Below, one piece after another: positions 37,899 through 52,500 of a DNA stretch of 64,000 nt. The DNA is from Hydrolagus affinis (Eukaryota). The number at the start of each line of letters is the position of its first letter. The stretch's first letter is position 1. The notes under the pieces are model-generated. The model had not been told where the DNA came from. It saw only the letters and a program-made list of their open reading frames with translations, and made no database searches. The DNA lies in assembly GCA_012026655.1 (NCBI GenBank), contig JAAILG010000409.1, positions 1 through 64,000 on the forward strand, written 5' to 3'. A program made the translations under genes and the position numbers.

Positions 37899-40164
37899 TA
37901 TTAACAATCAAATACCATTTGACACAAATGGTAAAGATTTTTTAGGATTGGTAAATGTAGGTTTTCCTTTCTTCATAGGTGAAGCCAGGTATTTGAAGCA
38001 CTTTGAGACGTCCTCCTGACATGAAATGCATAATATAAATTGTTTTTTAAAAAAAAGAGTTAATCAAGAACAGAACATTGATCGCCCAAGTTCGTCCATT
38101 GGAATAGCCTTCAAACCACAATCGTTATGTGATTTGGCAATTTCTTTCTGATGAGCACAGAAGAACTAATGAATAATGTTTTGGATATAGCATTAACACC
38201 AAGGATTATACGATTCCTATTGAGTAAATGCAGTGTGGTCTGTTGAGGCATAAACACTAAATTGTGTTTCTAAATTCTGCCACTATCCAACACGCAGAAT
38301 TGCCCCGAGGATCATTGAGGAGATGCAGGCATTCAGAATAGGGCTGATCCACATTGGGTGTGATGAACCGCACTTACCTCTCCTGGCCTCTCCAGTCCTT
38401 TCTTTTAATACAAGTTTGACCTTGTCTTTCATAGAACCTGATGTGCTGGGGACAACAGTGGCACTCCATTGCAGGAAATATTTCAGCTTGATGGTGAATA
38501 ATTAAGATGTTAAAAGCCTGCATCTTTGACAATTGAATAGGTTCTGGGTCGTGGATAATCTTCTCAATTAGAAATAATATAATTTTTGTTTCCCGAAACA
38601 AAATGATGGCGTACTTAAAGATTACTAGCCCAAAGCAACTCTTGTGTTCGGTTTTGTTTTGTTTAGTACATAGTTGTTTTGCAGGGGCAATGTCAGACAG
38701 GGATGTAATTAAATTTAATAACTTGCAGGAAATAATGAGAGGTCTTTCTTCACTGCGGTTCATATTGCCTCTGGTAACGCTCAAATCAGAATTGAGCTGC
38801 CTCCCCCCACAGTTCTCTGCTCACTGTCTCATTATCCTTCCTCACCACCCACCCCCCCACCACCACCTCAGCTCATGTCCTGTTATACTTTTCTACCTAG
38901 CTCATTTCCCATGGCATCTTCCTGCCTCTTTCACACTCCAGGGTATATTTCCACTTAAACTTCATTCCCCATAATATCCTTCCATCTATCTTGAGTCCTA
39001 TGGCCATCCAAGCACCATTCTTTTACCTTTCCTCACTGTGTTGCCCCTTACTGATTCCCAACTGCCAGGGACATAAACTGCCTCGCAGCTAAAGTCTCCA
39101 GCTACAGTTGGGAAACACAACTAAATAATGTGTATTTTTGTATTTTTCTGAGCCAAGCTACAGGCAATATGTAGTTTGCAGCAATGTGACAATAGTCTAA
39201 GGTGGATTGGGTTGGTATTGGGGGAAATTCCTGGGCAACTGAAATGGTTCATTGAGATGGGGTGATAGGAGACTAATAGTCCAAAAATACCGCTGGATTC
39301 AGAGTTCGTTACTTACTTTGCTGTCATTTCTTTAGCCTGGCTCAGTAGGTGCTACATCAAATGCAAGGATTATTTTATTATTTGACCGATGACTTCTGCG
39401 ACTGAACTAGTATCGTCAGGGAGGATAAACTAAAAGGACATAGGATTTTATGGGGAAACTAGTTTGAACAAGTGTCATACCCAATGGCAGGCATAACAAT
39501 ACTGGAGCTTGTGTTCATTTGTGTACACATTACATACCCGGATGTTGCCTAGACCTTTGTTTCATGTGTTGTGTGTGTTGTTCGTGTGAGGGCTGGGCGT
39601 ATTTTGCAAAGGATGAGGCTTATTCTGTTTGTCAGTTTCTATGAGTTGAAAAAGGAAACTAATTCTTGGCAGCCCACATGATTGGCAATGCTCATTTGCT
39701 GGATAGAAAACATTGATGCTGTGTTGAACAATAAGAGAACTCAATAAGAATAACCATACTGGAATATTTTGCTCCGTCTGCAACACCTTGACTTTAATTC
39801 GCGAGGCACTGCAGCTAGATTTTCCGTTTCAGTCCGTTTATCTTTGCAGCGGCCAAAGTTGAAGGAGCTGAAGTGAAGGGATTTATACTGGAACAGAAGC
39901 TACGCATTACTGAACCTTGGTATAAATCTATATCCTCTGAACCAAATCAGAGCAAATTTAAGTGACACTCCATCAGCGTAGGTATTTTTGTGACTTATTC
40001 CCTCATCATTACCACCTTTTGAAAATCAACGCAGTGATTGGGGAAGTAATCATATTGATTGTTGTCGTTGGGCATCAAAGATTCAGAGTCCTGTGCGCTG
40101 ATACCATGATTACAATGTATAAAAAGAGCACTAGTTCTTTCGGCAGTGAGTGATGGGCCCCAAT

Positions 40165-40305
40165 ATGTGTGCAATTGGCTGCGTGTTTCGCCCACAAAAT
40201 ACAGGCAGTTCACTTTATAGTACATTCTGTGATGTGCATTGAGATGTCTCGAAGATGTGATGCGCCGCTATCTCAATTGCAAGGATTATTAGTATTATTA
40301 TTATA
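40165..40305 (+). mobile_element. SINE family A 3' half
   Basis: TGTGCAATTGGCTGCGTGTTTCGCCCACAAAATAC...TGCAAGGATTATTAGTATTATT. Confidence 0.85.
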
Positions 40306-40559
40306 TCATCTAATTAACATTTAAGTGGCTTGAGCTGAACTGCAACAAAGAACAATATTCCTTGTATTTGAGACTGTTCCTTATTGCTTCATAATGTTGG
40401 CAGTGTAGCAAATTGGTAACGGTTTCTATAAGTGGGACGTTGATGGGCTGTTTCCACCTGTTGGTGAGTTCAAAATAAGTCATCACCAATAAAAGATAGC
40501 TAGGAGTGGATCTAATAGGGAATTTTTGCGGATCTCGGCATCGGAAACTGGTTGAAGCA

Positions 40560-40720
40560 AATGGCTTCAATGTATTTTAATACCAAAAACTAAATGTATG
40601 CAGAAGGAGAAGAGTCTAGAGGAAAATAGGAGGTGTGGAAGGGCTCGAGTGGACCTGAGTTGAGATAGGCCTAATGACTTATTTGCCTGCTCTGACACTT
40701 TATGTAACTATATGCAATTA
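40560..40720 (+). mobile_element. CR1 3' end relic
   Basis: GGAAGGGCTCGAGTGGACC...GATAGGCCTAATGACTTATTT...TTATGTAACTATATGCAA. Confidence 0.5.
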
Positions 40721-40729
40721 TAGATACCA

Positions 40730-42600
40730 ATGACTTCCCAACAAAAAATGATTGGCATTTGTGAGAACGATAGTCTAACGGGGTGAAAAATGGATACAAG
40801 CACAGAAGAATGACCTTTCATTCATTTTTTGTCAAGGTCAGCATGTAATCTGCCACGACAGCTTGTCCCACACTGTTTTCATGTATATTCTATACACCAG
40901 GCAGTCATTTTTTTTTAATGTATTTCCATTTTAATTGAATCCATTCATTACCACAAATTGCAATGAATTCGGAAGCAAGACAGACAGAAGGCTAATTGTT
41001 TGCTGTTGTGTCCCACAAGAAAGCACTGCAGCTGTTGGCAGCCAGCAAAAAAAAAATGTCGCCCTTTACTTCAGTTCTTTTCAGAATGAATAGCTTGTTT
41101 TATTACCTTTATTCTTTTGGTCCTTCAACTTTGCTCTCTGCGCGAACCCTTCTTCCCAGCATTTTAGCAGCGAGGCACACAGCCAGCATCCGCTTGAAAA
41201 TTTGTCAAAGAGAACATTGCCGAGCACGCAATCAGAAAACACGCTGAATATCAAGATGGATATCGTGACGTAAGGGGAGTATAGTCGATTTTCCTTTTAA
41301 TCCTTTAATGCCGCACCTCTCACGACCATGATGAGAATTGCTCATTTGATTACGAATGCAAATTGCTACGCAAGAGAGGAACCTTTATACAATGGCGCAA
41401 TTTATTTCCCAGCATTTGATGTGCCATTTGTAACATCCATTGGCAGTCTGGCTGCCAGCAGTACAGCAGCTCTGATTGTGTGGGTTGATTGCTTGTCATC
41501 TCTGAACAGAGCCTATTGTCCTGTGACCCTAGAGGTTCACTCCTGATGGCCAGAGTTGAAGCTTTCTGTCAAAGTCTGAAATGGCTAAAATAAATAAACC
41601 GTGACAATCAAACGTCAAAGTAGAAGCGGGAACTCCCACCAGTTTGATCACAGGTGTGAGCAAACAATAATCGAAAGTAATATTTGCAATCACTCAGCAA
41701 GAGAGATGATCCGCGAGACTCGGAACATTTGGAGAAATCTGTTATGTTCTGCTTGTGCAATTGGAATCTGGATAAAATTAGTGGGACCACCTTCAATATT
41801 TGACTCGTTTGCTGCTTTGAGCCACTGTGATAAAATGTCAAAAAGCCTAATTCAACAGAAGTGGAGAAAATGAGACACGCCATCATTACTGCCCAAAGGT
41901 GCTTCAACGCCAAGTCACCCAGTGGTAATGGCACTTTGCTAAGTTGGGCTCAACTTTTGATTGTTTGATTGCATCTCTTGTCTGCAGAGATGAAACATGT
42001 TGTCGCAGTTCATCCTGCCCAAAGGCTGGTGCGCTTGATTCCTACATATCGTTCTCAAAGACCTTCCTAGTTTTTCAACCCAATGTGGGCAAATGTCATA
42101 GGCACCTGTTTTTTTTATAAATCTTAGCAACATCAATTTCCGAAAAGCTAGTTCCCGGCGCTGTGATTGATTGATTGAGAAACAGTTCAGCCAATACTCC
42201 AAGGTTGAAGACATGGCACAATTTATAAGCACCAACCTGGCTCAAAGTGATGTTGTTGACAGTGGAAAATTACTGGCCAGTTCCTCTTGTGAGTGAATGA
42301 CCCGAACATGCAATTCACATGCTCCAATGTGATGAAAATGATCCTGATTCCCTCATGCCTCTCTCCCCCACTCCCACCCCCGTCCAAAAACAAATGGCGA
42401 TCTCCATTTAGGAAATGCGAGTATCGGTTCGATAAGTTAATCCTTCTTAAAAGAAAAATAAAACGCTTAAGGAAATCAGTCTTTAATAAAGCATTTATTT
42501 TCATCTTTTTGCGATTTCAATTGAAATCTGCGCTTGTTTGCAGAGAGTACTGTAGATAAAAGAAGCAACTGAACATTGAAAAGGCAACATAGCCGTACAG
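40730..42600. promoter_or_regulatory. Candidate conserved non-coding element / enhancer block
   Basis: About 1.9 kb with no recognisable repeat and with retained CpGs. TGACCTT at 40811, TCAAGGTCA at 40832, octamer ATGCAAAT at 41356, Sox-like ACAATGG and CCTATTGT. Conservation itself cannot be seen here. Confidence 0.35.
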
Positions 42601-43399
42601 CAACAGCCGAGTTGAATACTGCCAAGTTTAGAGCAGATTTGGTACCAAAGTTCAGACTTTTCACACATTTTTTAAAATGACAGTCTGTACTGTGTTGTTT
42701 AGTCTTTAATAGTCCCTATTAAAAAGTTATCAAATGTACTAATTAATACTAACTTTCCAGTGGAGAACCACATCAACTTGTTTGTCAAATATGGTTTGAA
42801 TGATACCAGAATTGTTTTTGTGTATCTTTACAATTAGTAGCTAGCTGCTCATTTTGTACATTTTGCACATTGTTTCGACCCTCAATTTAGAACTTCGTGA
42901 AAGAGATTAAGGAATTTGTGGAAACAAAAACCAGCAGATAAGATTTTATGTGGTAACTCGACATCGATCAATTAGTATGCGGATCATGTAGAGTTTCAAT
43001 CTGGTGCATAATTGAGCATTCACTCCCCCAAGAAACTCAACAGTAGGAGCAAAGAACGATTGTAAAATAGACGTGATTAACTACTTTCTGACAATTCTTA
43101 TAATGCAGCCTATTATATTTGACAAACTTTATCTTACATTCCAAGTGGGTTTTCAAAGCACTATATATATAGAAAGATAATGTTATAATTAGTTAATTCC
43201 ACCACTGATTATTCCTTTGATTTAACTCTGTAGAAATCGACAAGAGAACATCAAATAAACAAGGTACTGTATTATCTTGGGCTCCACATTGCAGAGGTTC
43301 AATATGGGATTTGTTGATGTGTAAAAGTTATTCTTCATTCTGGTGTTCCGTGGTAGTATTTGATATCGAGAACCACAGATATTGATAGTATGATGATCA

Positions 43400-43571
43400 G
43401 GAGTCCTGTAGCTCACTGTTTAGAGCACTCGCCTTACAAGCGAGAGATCTGGATTCAATTCCAGGCAGGGTGAAACCGTTAGCTAGTTTCCTTACTCCAC
43501 ACACCTAATAATAATCCCTTTTAAAAAAAATAAAAAAAATAATGAATTGGTCATTTCAATCCACGACTGTT
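43400..43571 (+). mobile_element. SINE family A 5' half
   Basis: GGAGTCCTGTAGCTCACTGTTTAGAGCACTCGCCTTACAAGCGAGAG...; ends abruptly at CCACGACTGTT. Confidence 0.9.
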
Positions 43572-45277
43572 CCCTCCGAGCAAATATTCAAATCTAATTC
43601 CATTCTCGTGTCAACTGAAGTGTTTATTACTTATCAATATATTTATTAATGGAATACATCTTTTCTTGAAAATTGGATTATCTATATTATCAGATATGGA
43701 CATCTCTTTTAAAATCAAAGACAAATCATTTTATTATAGATTTCATGTGCTTGAAAGAATAATTGTCACGACACAAAGACTTGGGGACATTGGGATTATT
43801 ACTATATCACTTTTTCTGATAAAATTATATTACCACCAAAGGAATTTTTATGATTCACTCCAGGCAAGTATAGTAATAAGATTGAATGAAGTGAAATACC
43901 AGGCCATGTGCAATGCGGAACTTAATGTAACAGCTCCATCTTGCAATTAGTGAATTAGCAGAGTTATCAGATTGGCGAATAACATAAAAGTAAAATTAAA
44001 AATGTTCACTCTATGAAGGCATGCCAATGTTACAGTGACTGAGCACAAAGACTTGTTGTAATGGCAGACAGTGACATTTATGACCCAGACAAACCTCTGC
44101 TGGTGTCATTAGTGAAATAATTGGCATTAAATTGTGGGCATCACAATGCAATCTTTTACTTTTCGAGTGCTTCAAGCCCGTTCTCAGGAATGGAAATTGT
44201 ATTTATGTGTGAATGTATTTTCCCTCCCAAACAATGTGTTTTTTGTGCTACAAGTGGAGAATAATGGGTAAGTTAGGGGGAAGGATTCTCCGAGTTAGCA
44301 AGGTAGAGAATGGAATGGAGAGAGGGGCCTTATTTAACTATGCGGTAACCAATTTGTTTATCCCTTGGATCCTTCTGTGGTAAACTGATAACATTCACAC
44401 GATAACATTCATAGAAGAAAATTCAAGGTGCCTCTAATGTAATTATTTAAGGTATACAGTTTAGAAGAGAGGTTGTGTTTAGATCCTCACATAATTTATT
44501 ATTTATTACATTAATCACAAGAAAACATATCTAGTTTGTCTTGCATCATAATTAATGCCACATGATAATAAAATGTCAAGTAACCTACTGACTAAAATAG
44601 GACTTGTAAGGGCTACTCTTTCTGTTCAACTTAGCCTTTTATTTTGGTCAGCGAGGTATCTAACCTATTCAAAAAATCTATCTAAGAGTAGATTTTGGAC
44701 AATCTTGGTTCAGATACTGAGAGTTTATTTTCCAATGGAGGACATATTCTCTCCCAGAGGATTGCATCTGACTTACCGTATCCTACAGATCTTAGATACA
44801 GATTAGCCAAGGCTTGGAGAAACTTGGAATGTTTGCTGGGGTAATTGCAAGCTTCTCTCGGTTTGTCCAGCTAGCTACAACCTACCTGTTGGGGCTTAAG
44901 CCTAAAGAGCAATTTTAAGAACCGCAGAAAACTGTGTTCAGTTATGCTGGATTCAGCCTGACAGAAAAGTGTAATGTGCATGCTTTTTTGTTTCATACTG
45001 GGACAAAGCTTTAGTGTTGGAGTATTGAGAGATTCAATGGCAATTTTGCAAAAAAGCAGAGGATTTTGTTTCACTTTTGTAAAGAAATGTAATTACAGAA
45101 TGTGCCACAACTCTCCAATCTTACGGATTTACTAATGATAGATTTCTGCATTTAATTACTGACAAAGAATATTTAACTGGTTCATTAAAAATCAATTCCA
45201 CCGTTTTCTTTCTTCCTTTGTTCCTCCGCTCTTGGTTTGTCTTCCTCACAGAAAAATCTCTCCAATCCTACATCCAT

Positions 45278-45422
45278 CAAAAAAAAACTTCACTCAATCC
45301 ACAACTCTTTGTGGGGACATGGCTGTGTGCAATTGGCTGCCATGTTTCGCCCACAAAATACACACTGAATAATATATTCTGTGAGGTGCTTTTAGACGCC
45401 TCAACGACGTGATATTGCATTA
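45278..45422 (+). mobile_element. SINE family A 3' half
   Basis: TTTGTGGGGACATGGCTGTGTGCAATTGGCTGCCATGTTTCGCCCACAAAATA...ATATTCTGTGAGGTGCTTT. Confidence 0.8.
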
Positions 45423-45484
45423 CATATATTACATTAATAGTCAAATGGACAGAATATTGTGATGTGTTAATCCTGCGATTCGAT

Positions 45485-45643
45485 AACAACTTTTAAAAGA
45501 GAGGTAGACATTTATTTGGGGAGGACGGGTTTACGGGGTTATGGGGAGCTGGGGAGTGGGATTAAATTGCTCTTTGTAAAGAGGCAGCACAGACTCCATG
45601 GGCTGAATGGCTTCCTTTTGTGCTGTAAAACTCTATGATTCTA
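45485..45643 (+). mobile_element. CR1 LINE 3' end
   Basis: TTTAAAAGAGAGGTAGACATTTATTTG (FKREVDIYL), then GGGCTGAATGGCTTCCTTTTGTGCTGTAAAACTCTATGATTCTA. Confidence 0.85.
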
Positions 45644-48600
45644 CACCTTTAGCAATATAACCTGATGACCGGTTGAAGAATATGTCATCGGGAAAGTTTG
45701 TTGTGAGAAAGTTATTCTACTGGTGAAATCATCTAACAAAATCACAGAAGCAACGCATCAGTCCCACTGTAATGATATCGGTTTGTCACTTGTGGTGACG
45801 GGAAGGAAACGGTTTACTCATAGAATAAGATACTACTTGATTGCAGCAGCAAAACCAGCACAATGGATAAATATGTCACTTCATCAGTGCCTGATTTTAA
45901 GTTGAAGTCAATACTGATAGTAATCATTGAAAGCCACAACAATGTAGAAATCTATGGATAGACTTGTCAGCCAGCTTTAATTAAATGGACTGAAATGTGT
46001 TTGATTGCTGAGGTGTACTGTACTTATTGCAGGCTCCTTGACTTCTCATAGATATATATGATCATGCAAGCGCATTACCTCCAATAATATTTTTGAACTC
46101 ATTATCACAATGGTGCTCTAAATTGCAATGAACTGGATTTTGTTGTGTTAATTGCAGATTCGGCTTGGCAAACTCGGTTTGCACTTTACATTGGGTCAGG
46201 GTTGGGGGTTTAATGAGCTCTGCAGAGATTGGATGGAGCTGATATCATTTGTGTGTTTGTGCTTTACAACTATATTCCCCAGATATTTCAAAGGTTCATT
46301 CTGCCGGAGGTAAAACAGTGGACTCTTAGTTTCTCATCTCCACAAAAATGCATACTTTAGTCCTTGATGCCAAAGGATTCAAATTGAAGAACCATTTTTT
46401 GTTAAAAGAAGAAATTATTCTATTCACTTCACTGCTAAACCTACGCTCAGCACAGCAACTACATGCAATATTATTATGATAAATAATGCATTCTGAAAAG
46501 ATAGGCTGTTTAAATATTTGAGCTGATCAGCAGTTTTTACAGGTTGTGTTACAGCATGTTTTGGCCGAGCGAGACTCCAGCGAGCCTTTCCATTCAAATG
46601 AAACCAAGTTATGTGCAGGTTGTGGAAATAGAATAATCGCCTCATTAGGCAAAAATATAAACAGGTCTACAGTAGGGAATGCAGAGAGACAACCTTTGTT
46701 GGTTTCAGTGTTGGCTGTTAGGCACTTGTGCAATTTGTCAGTCCATTGTAGAATGCACATTGGATCTCAAAGAATTTGTAAACAGAGCGAAATAGGCGAA
46801 GAATGCTAATGTTGTGTCGAGTACAATATTTAATTATGGTCGGTTTTGTTTTAGTTCCAGCAACTAAAGTTATTTGCTTGTTTCCCCCGAATGAATGCTT
46901 TCTGTAAATGTAAAGTTGCAGAGTATATCTGCTGATGCTAATATTTGTATAATGGCCAAATGCAGAAATGACTGACTGCAGGACAAGATAATATAGGAAC
47001 AGCCATTAACATGGATATGCAATGAATCTGAAAATGCAAATGGAACTTGTTACAAGCCTGTTGAAGTCATTGAATACAGGGAATTAATTCTGTGCCGATA
47101 GGAAGCCTACTTTTGAAGCTGGATTGTCCAGACCTTGAAGGATGGGGAATAAATTATAGCCTATTGTAGTCATAGCAGAGCTAGAAAGAAAGTGTACCGA
47201 TGAGTTATAGTGAACAGTTAAACACATGGGTATTGCAGCATTGGCGGGTGCTACACTTGAAATGGAAAAACCTTACTGCGCACTTATTTTGCTTCTGCGT
47301 TGTGATATAGTGCAAGATATGTACGGCACAAAAGCTTTTCTAGCAAATGATTGTGGCATGATCGAAGATTTCGAACGGGATGTTTTGAAAGATCAAAGCA
47401 GCAGGTTGACATGTGGTGATGTGAAACATTAGTGACCTATTTACGGCAATGACAGTTTCAGTGTGAAAGTGCAGTGGGTTGGGTGGGAGGGGGGATTCTA
47501 TATTTAAGGTGCGTACCTGGTGTTATATTTATGGTATGGGTGGACTTTGTGTGCTAATCAACTGGAAGCCACTGTCCCCTCATATTGCAAAACAATTGTA
47601 TTGTTATTTTTTGGGGGGAGAGATTTTGTTTAGCAGCTTATTGATGGAGGTGTGGTGAATGGGTGAATGGTTCTGTTTAACTATCAGCACACTGTGTGGC
47701 TGTTGCTCCCTCCTCCCTACGCCGTGGTCTTGTGCTGAAATGTCAACAAGCTGCTTGAAAACCTGCCAAGTAACACAGATTACAACCCATATGTCCGTCC
47801 ACATGACTGTGCATGGGATAAGTATCTTGGCAGTTGGCTGTGCATGATTACTTACAGTGTGAGCAAATGGGATGGTGCTATCAGGAAATAGATTCGACCG
47901 TCTCCATTGCTATCTCCAGCGCTGTGGAAGTTTATCACTTTGCACCAGTTCTCGGAGGAACGTGTGCATTGTTACCATCGAACTCCGCTGGAAACGCAGC
48001 CTTGTACTTACCACCCGAGTGGGCGTCCTCGATGAGTGGTTCTTTCCCGCTTAAACATCAACCTGCAAAGGGAAGTCAGGACCCATCAGTAAGTTTGAAA
48101 GGCAAAGTGCCAGGCAAATATGATAAATGGAACCTAAATATTCATTTTGGCTCCCAGCAAAGGGAAAAACCAATTAAAAATGTCTCTTTGACAAATGTTT
48201 GCGACAAATAAAATTTAATTAGAAAGGGGTTTGCCACAATATAAAACTTCCCGATGGAACAGTACACTCTTTGTTCATCTCGCTGGGGGCTCCACTCTCA
48301 ACTATACTTGGATCACCCTACCGAGTTGACTTTTGCTGTAATTATGGTCCACTGTTGAGGTCTATCAAAGTATTATACATATTATAACAAGTGACTCGTT
48401 GGCTAATCAATCACCAAGGCATTCATTCAGCACAGTGCATGATCTACTGGCCCTGTAAAGAATTGTTCCAAAATGCCCTTTACTCATATTTTCAGCAAAG
48501 CCACATGGGTGTATCTTGAGAAGCACAGCTCCTCTGTTTTGTGTGTTTGTGTGTGTATGTCATTAGATCTAAAAGCTTTTATTTATTTTACGTACCCTTC

Positions 48601-49059
48601 AAAAGATGTAACGATGCCTATGTGAAAGATTTGTGTTTTTTTTAATAAAAAAAAGTAGTGTTGCTGTGTCTTGAATTGTTGCCACATGGGGATTCTCTGA
48701 ATTTATCCATTGAGTGATATTTTCCTCGCTGAACGCTTTCAAAGTACAGAGCGGTTTTCTTTCTTTTCCCTCTACTATCTACACACCTTTAAAACACGTT
48801 TTAAAACACTTAACTACTTGGCTTATCTTTCAATTGTTGAAAGACTAAGTGAGATAAGGGCTTTGGCCCTTCTGCCTTAAAATACAATTTGACAGTGTTT
48901 TGGTCATCTGTATCTCTACGTTGGATTGAACTGCTTAGTGAAGCGGTTTCTCGCAGCTTAAAGTAACTACAGCTGAAACTGTGCATCTCCAAGTGGTAGC
49001 GTTAGTGTTTGTTGAGTGAACCTGTATGTTCTTGTAGTGATCTGTAGGGTGATGGATAT

Positions 49060-49510
49060 GAACTTGCATACTTTATGTGCAAACTTGTCACTCACTTGTT
49101 GCATCCAGTAAGAGTTCCTGGCACCAATTATCCACCTGTAAGAACTCAACCCATGCTTGTTCACTCTTCAATAGGTAAGCTACATCTCTAGTCATGGGAA
49201 TACATTTTTCATTTCAAGTTTCCTGTAACTTTGTACATGTACTCAAGTTCTTTATTTATGCTCTTAATAACCTGCTTCCATCTGCATCATCCATGCTTTG
49301 AACCATTTTAAAGGGGATAAATCATATCCCCATTTCATCTTCCCTTGTTTCCCCCCACCACCCATTAAGTAATTTAAGTTCTGTGAATCTTATATTTTAT
49401 GTATATGATTTAGAGCAATAAATCTCTCATTCTTGTGAAACCTTGTCAATGTCCTTTTGAAGATATGGTGCCCAAGATTGCATAGAAAACAGCAGCATAT
49501 CCTGTAACTT
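49060..49510 (-). mobile_element. Possible decayed CR1 internal fragment
   Basis: Minus-strand TGCAATCTTGGGCACCATATCTTCAAAAGGACATTGACAAGG encodes QSWAPYLQKDIDK, resembling CR1 'QFWSPYLRKDI'. Confidence 0.5.
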
Positions 49511-52500
49511 GAAAAGGAGAAAAATCATTTTATTTTTAATTGAAAACGTAATAATAATAATCATTGCATTTGATTTTCACGCATTCTAGATGCCACCAAA
49601 GTACTGAAGAAGGAGTAGTTGCTTACATCTTTAATCTTACTTGTTTTTTTTACTATATTTGGATCATCTTTTCAACTGGAGTTATGAATTGTAAGACTGG
49701 ACAATATACTTAAGTTTCCAACATGAATGAAAAAGCTTGTCAGCCCTCCAGATGCTAGATTTTGTTTTGAAAAAAGGCTACAAATATAAATGCATCTGGT
49801 TGACCATTTTATCACATAATCCATTTTTGAATACTTTATTCATTATTCAAGCCGTTTTGGCATCAGACAAGTGTGTCCTTTTTAAACTGCAAATGTATGT
49901 ACAAACACTGTTAACTTGCAGTAAGTGCACATCTAATCCAATTGCAATCCCAATGAATTTATAATTCTCATTCAAGTGCATCAATCCAGTGTAACAAACC
50001 ATGATCCCATTCCCTCCCATCGTGTAGAACATTCTATCAAAAGCTTTCAGTTCTTGATCCAATATAAAACATTAATGTTGGGAGTCAATGCACTTGAATT
50101 AGGGTCAGTAGCACATCTTGAAAGTTCAATAAACACTGTACAAAACATACTGTACAAAATAGTTCTATTAAATCAATTTGTTGAAAGAAATGATTGTTTT
50201 GCTAAAAATCTAAATTTAGAAACAAATGGAAAAAGGCAATCAACAGAGGGAGAACTAGATATAATTTGAAGAGCAACTGCAGACAATGATAAAAGCAAGT
50301 TTTTTAGTTTACACAGTTTGAATAAAACTTTTAACAGATGTGAATACTGTACCATACTCCCCCCCAAAATCAAAACGCTCACCCTTGAGGAGTCTGAAAG
50401 GAGCTGGCTCTTTGTAGTCCAGATGGTTTGCTGCCAACTGTTCTATAGTCTCTCTTATGCTTGTTTGAAATTATTTTTTATTTGTCAGACGTGGTTTTGG
50501 CTGAACATCACAAATGTTTCTCAATCACAGCTAGATTTCTGAAGTTTGTGCCCTTGCATACTCGCTAAATGCTTTTGCTCAGTGTATTGACAGACTAAAT
50601 TTGATAACTGAAAAATGCTTTTTGTTTTTCTTTCCCCCTAAATGCTGGGAAGGACAAACAAAATTCTTTGGGATTTACTAGGAATCATCAGTTTATATGG
50701 ATGTCTCCCAAGGGAAAACTATCCTTACAGTGGAGAAATCAAGTGGGGACATAAAATTTTAGTGTGTGAAATACTATGACCTGGGAATACATCCTACAAC
50801 CAACACAACTTGTGTTTGTATAGTGCTCTTTATGCCGATTGGAGTCTTAGTGGCAGCTACCAATGACCATGACATTGTCCTGGGATAGGATGGGATGCTA
50901 CTGCTTGAACTTTATATCCTGTGGCCTATCTTTACTCAGTCTGTTTCTACTGCAATTTTCAACCATATGCTAACTATCGTTCCATTTTTCATCCCCTGTT
51001 TATTACATTTAAAAACTAATTGCACAGAGAGAGAGACAGAGAATATCAATATTAATAACACATGTAATCAGGTATAAATCGTAGAATGTTTACTGCACAG
51101 AAGGACGCTCTTTGGAGTATTATATCTGTGCTGGTGCGAATTACCACACTGGAGCCTTCTACTCTAATCTCATTCCCCTGATCTTTTTGCTGTCCCTTTA
51201 ATATAATTTCTCTGATTATCTCGCAGCTCAGCTGTGAAGGTTTTGACTGGATGAGCGTGATTATTTTTTTAACGCTCAAATTCTCAAGGCATTAAAATAT
51301 AACGACAGACTGTTAACTAAAGTATACCTATTTTTACAGGTACTTTTCAGTCTGCGATGTGAGTCTCCCGACAGGCCTGTCAAATCATCAAGTGTGTCAT
51401 GAAATAACACTTTGAGAAGTACTTGAGTACGAAGTTACTATGAGCAAACCACTGTTAACAGGGGATTTAAGGAAGGAGACAAGACTTTTGCTTTAACACA
51501 GAGTTATTCTCGGGTGAGAAAACTGGGAGCGTGGAGCCAATTTTCATCTCCATTGGCTCCAGAATGCAAGCAGATGGTTCCCAAAACATCCTTAAACTAG
51601 CCACGGAGCCCATGCCAAGTCCAATGCTTTCGCACTCTGCTGCATTCTCTGATTCCTCTCCCCGAGTTGTGAGCCAAACCAAAGATAGGACTGGCTGAGG
51701 AAGACTGATGTTAAGGTTTTATTGTTGCGGGGAATATACTAGTGCAATATGCAGTATTCATATAAGTGCAACATTGCGTCAATATTAGGCGGGCAGCGGA
51801 GTTCTGTGTGGTTTGTGTGTGGGTGATTGAGGGCATGAAGGACATGAGGGCGTATACAATATAGAAAGGTATGAGGGTTGAGTGAGAGGCATAATGGATA
51901 GTCTAGATAGAAGCCAGTGAGATATTAAGTCCAGTGATTTTTGATATTATTTCAGCTGAAAATCGAGGTTCCCTTCCTGACACCCTCTTTGGCTTCCGAC
52001 CCTCTTGCTATTGTCCCTTAGCTTTTGATGGACTGCAGATCAGGCAGGTCGATAGAGAGATCCCACCCGCCTTTCCTCCCCTCCCACCACCACAAGTAGA
52101 TAAACAAACCGACTGACTGAGGGGCAGGAAATCTAACATTGAAAATGGGTGAATGAATTCTCATACTCTGTTAATAGGAGCTCTGCTTCCTTCCACACTA
52201 TGATCGCTGCCAGCGCCATAATTAAAAAGAGATTTTCAATGCGAGGCACTTGGAGCTGAAAAAAGATCTGGGATTTCTATTTCTTTCCCTCGCTGTTGGC
52301 AGGAGGAGAAAATTATAAGGTCCAGAAGGCAATGCGATTTGGATGGCGAGAGTCTGTCTTCTGATCTCCCCTGTGCAGCCGGTGTTTTTGCTTTAAATAA
52401 CATGATCTGACGAAGAGAAACTTCCAACTTCCCCCTATGTAGAGGGGGGAGGTGTTATTGATTACATGCTCGACTACTTAATTTCCTCTGGAAGTCAATA

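Noticed and set aside
38790-39080. C-rich tract as a functional i-motif/G4 or exon
   Set aside because: Low-complexity pyrimidine-rich sequence typical of decayed repeats; no specific evidence.
47834-48211. 125-aa plus-strand ORF as a gene
   Set aside because: Non-ATG start, no recognisable domain, and a length compatible with chance. The other 100-140 aa ORFs (10322, 14557, 38374, 38603, 58469, 60666) overlap repeats or lack homology cues.
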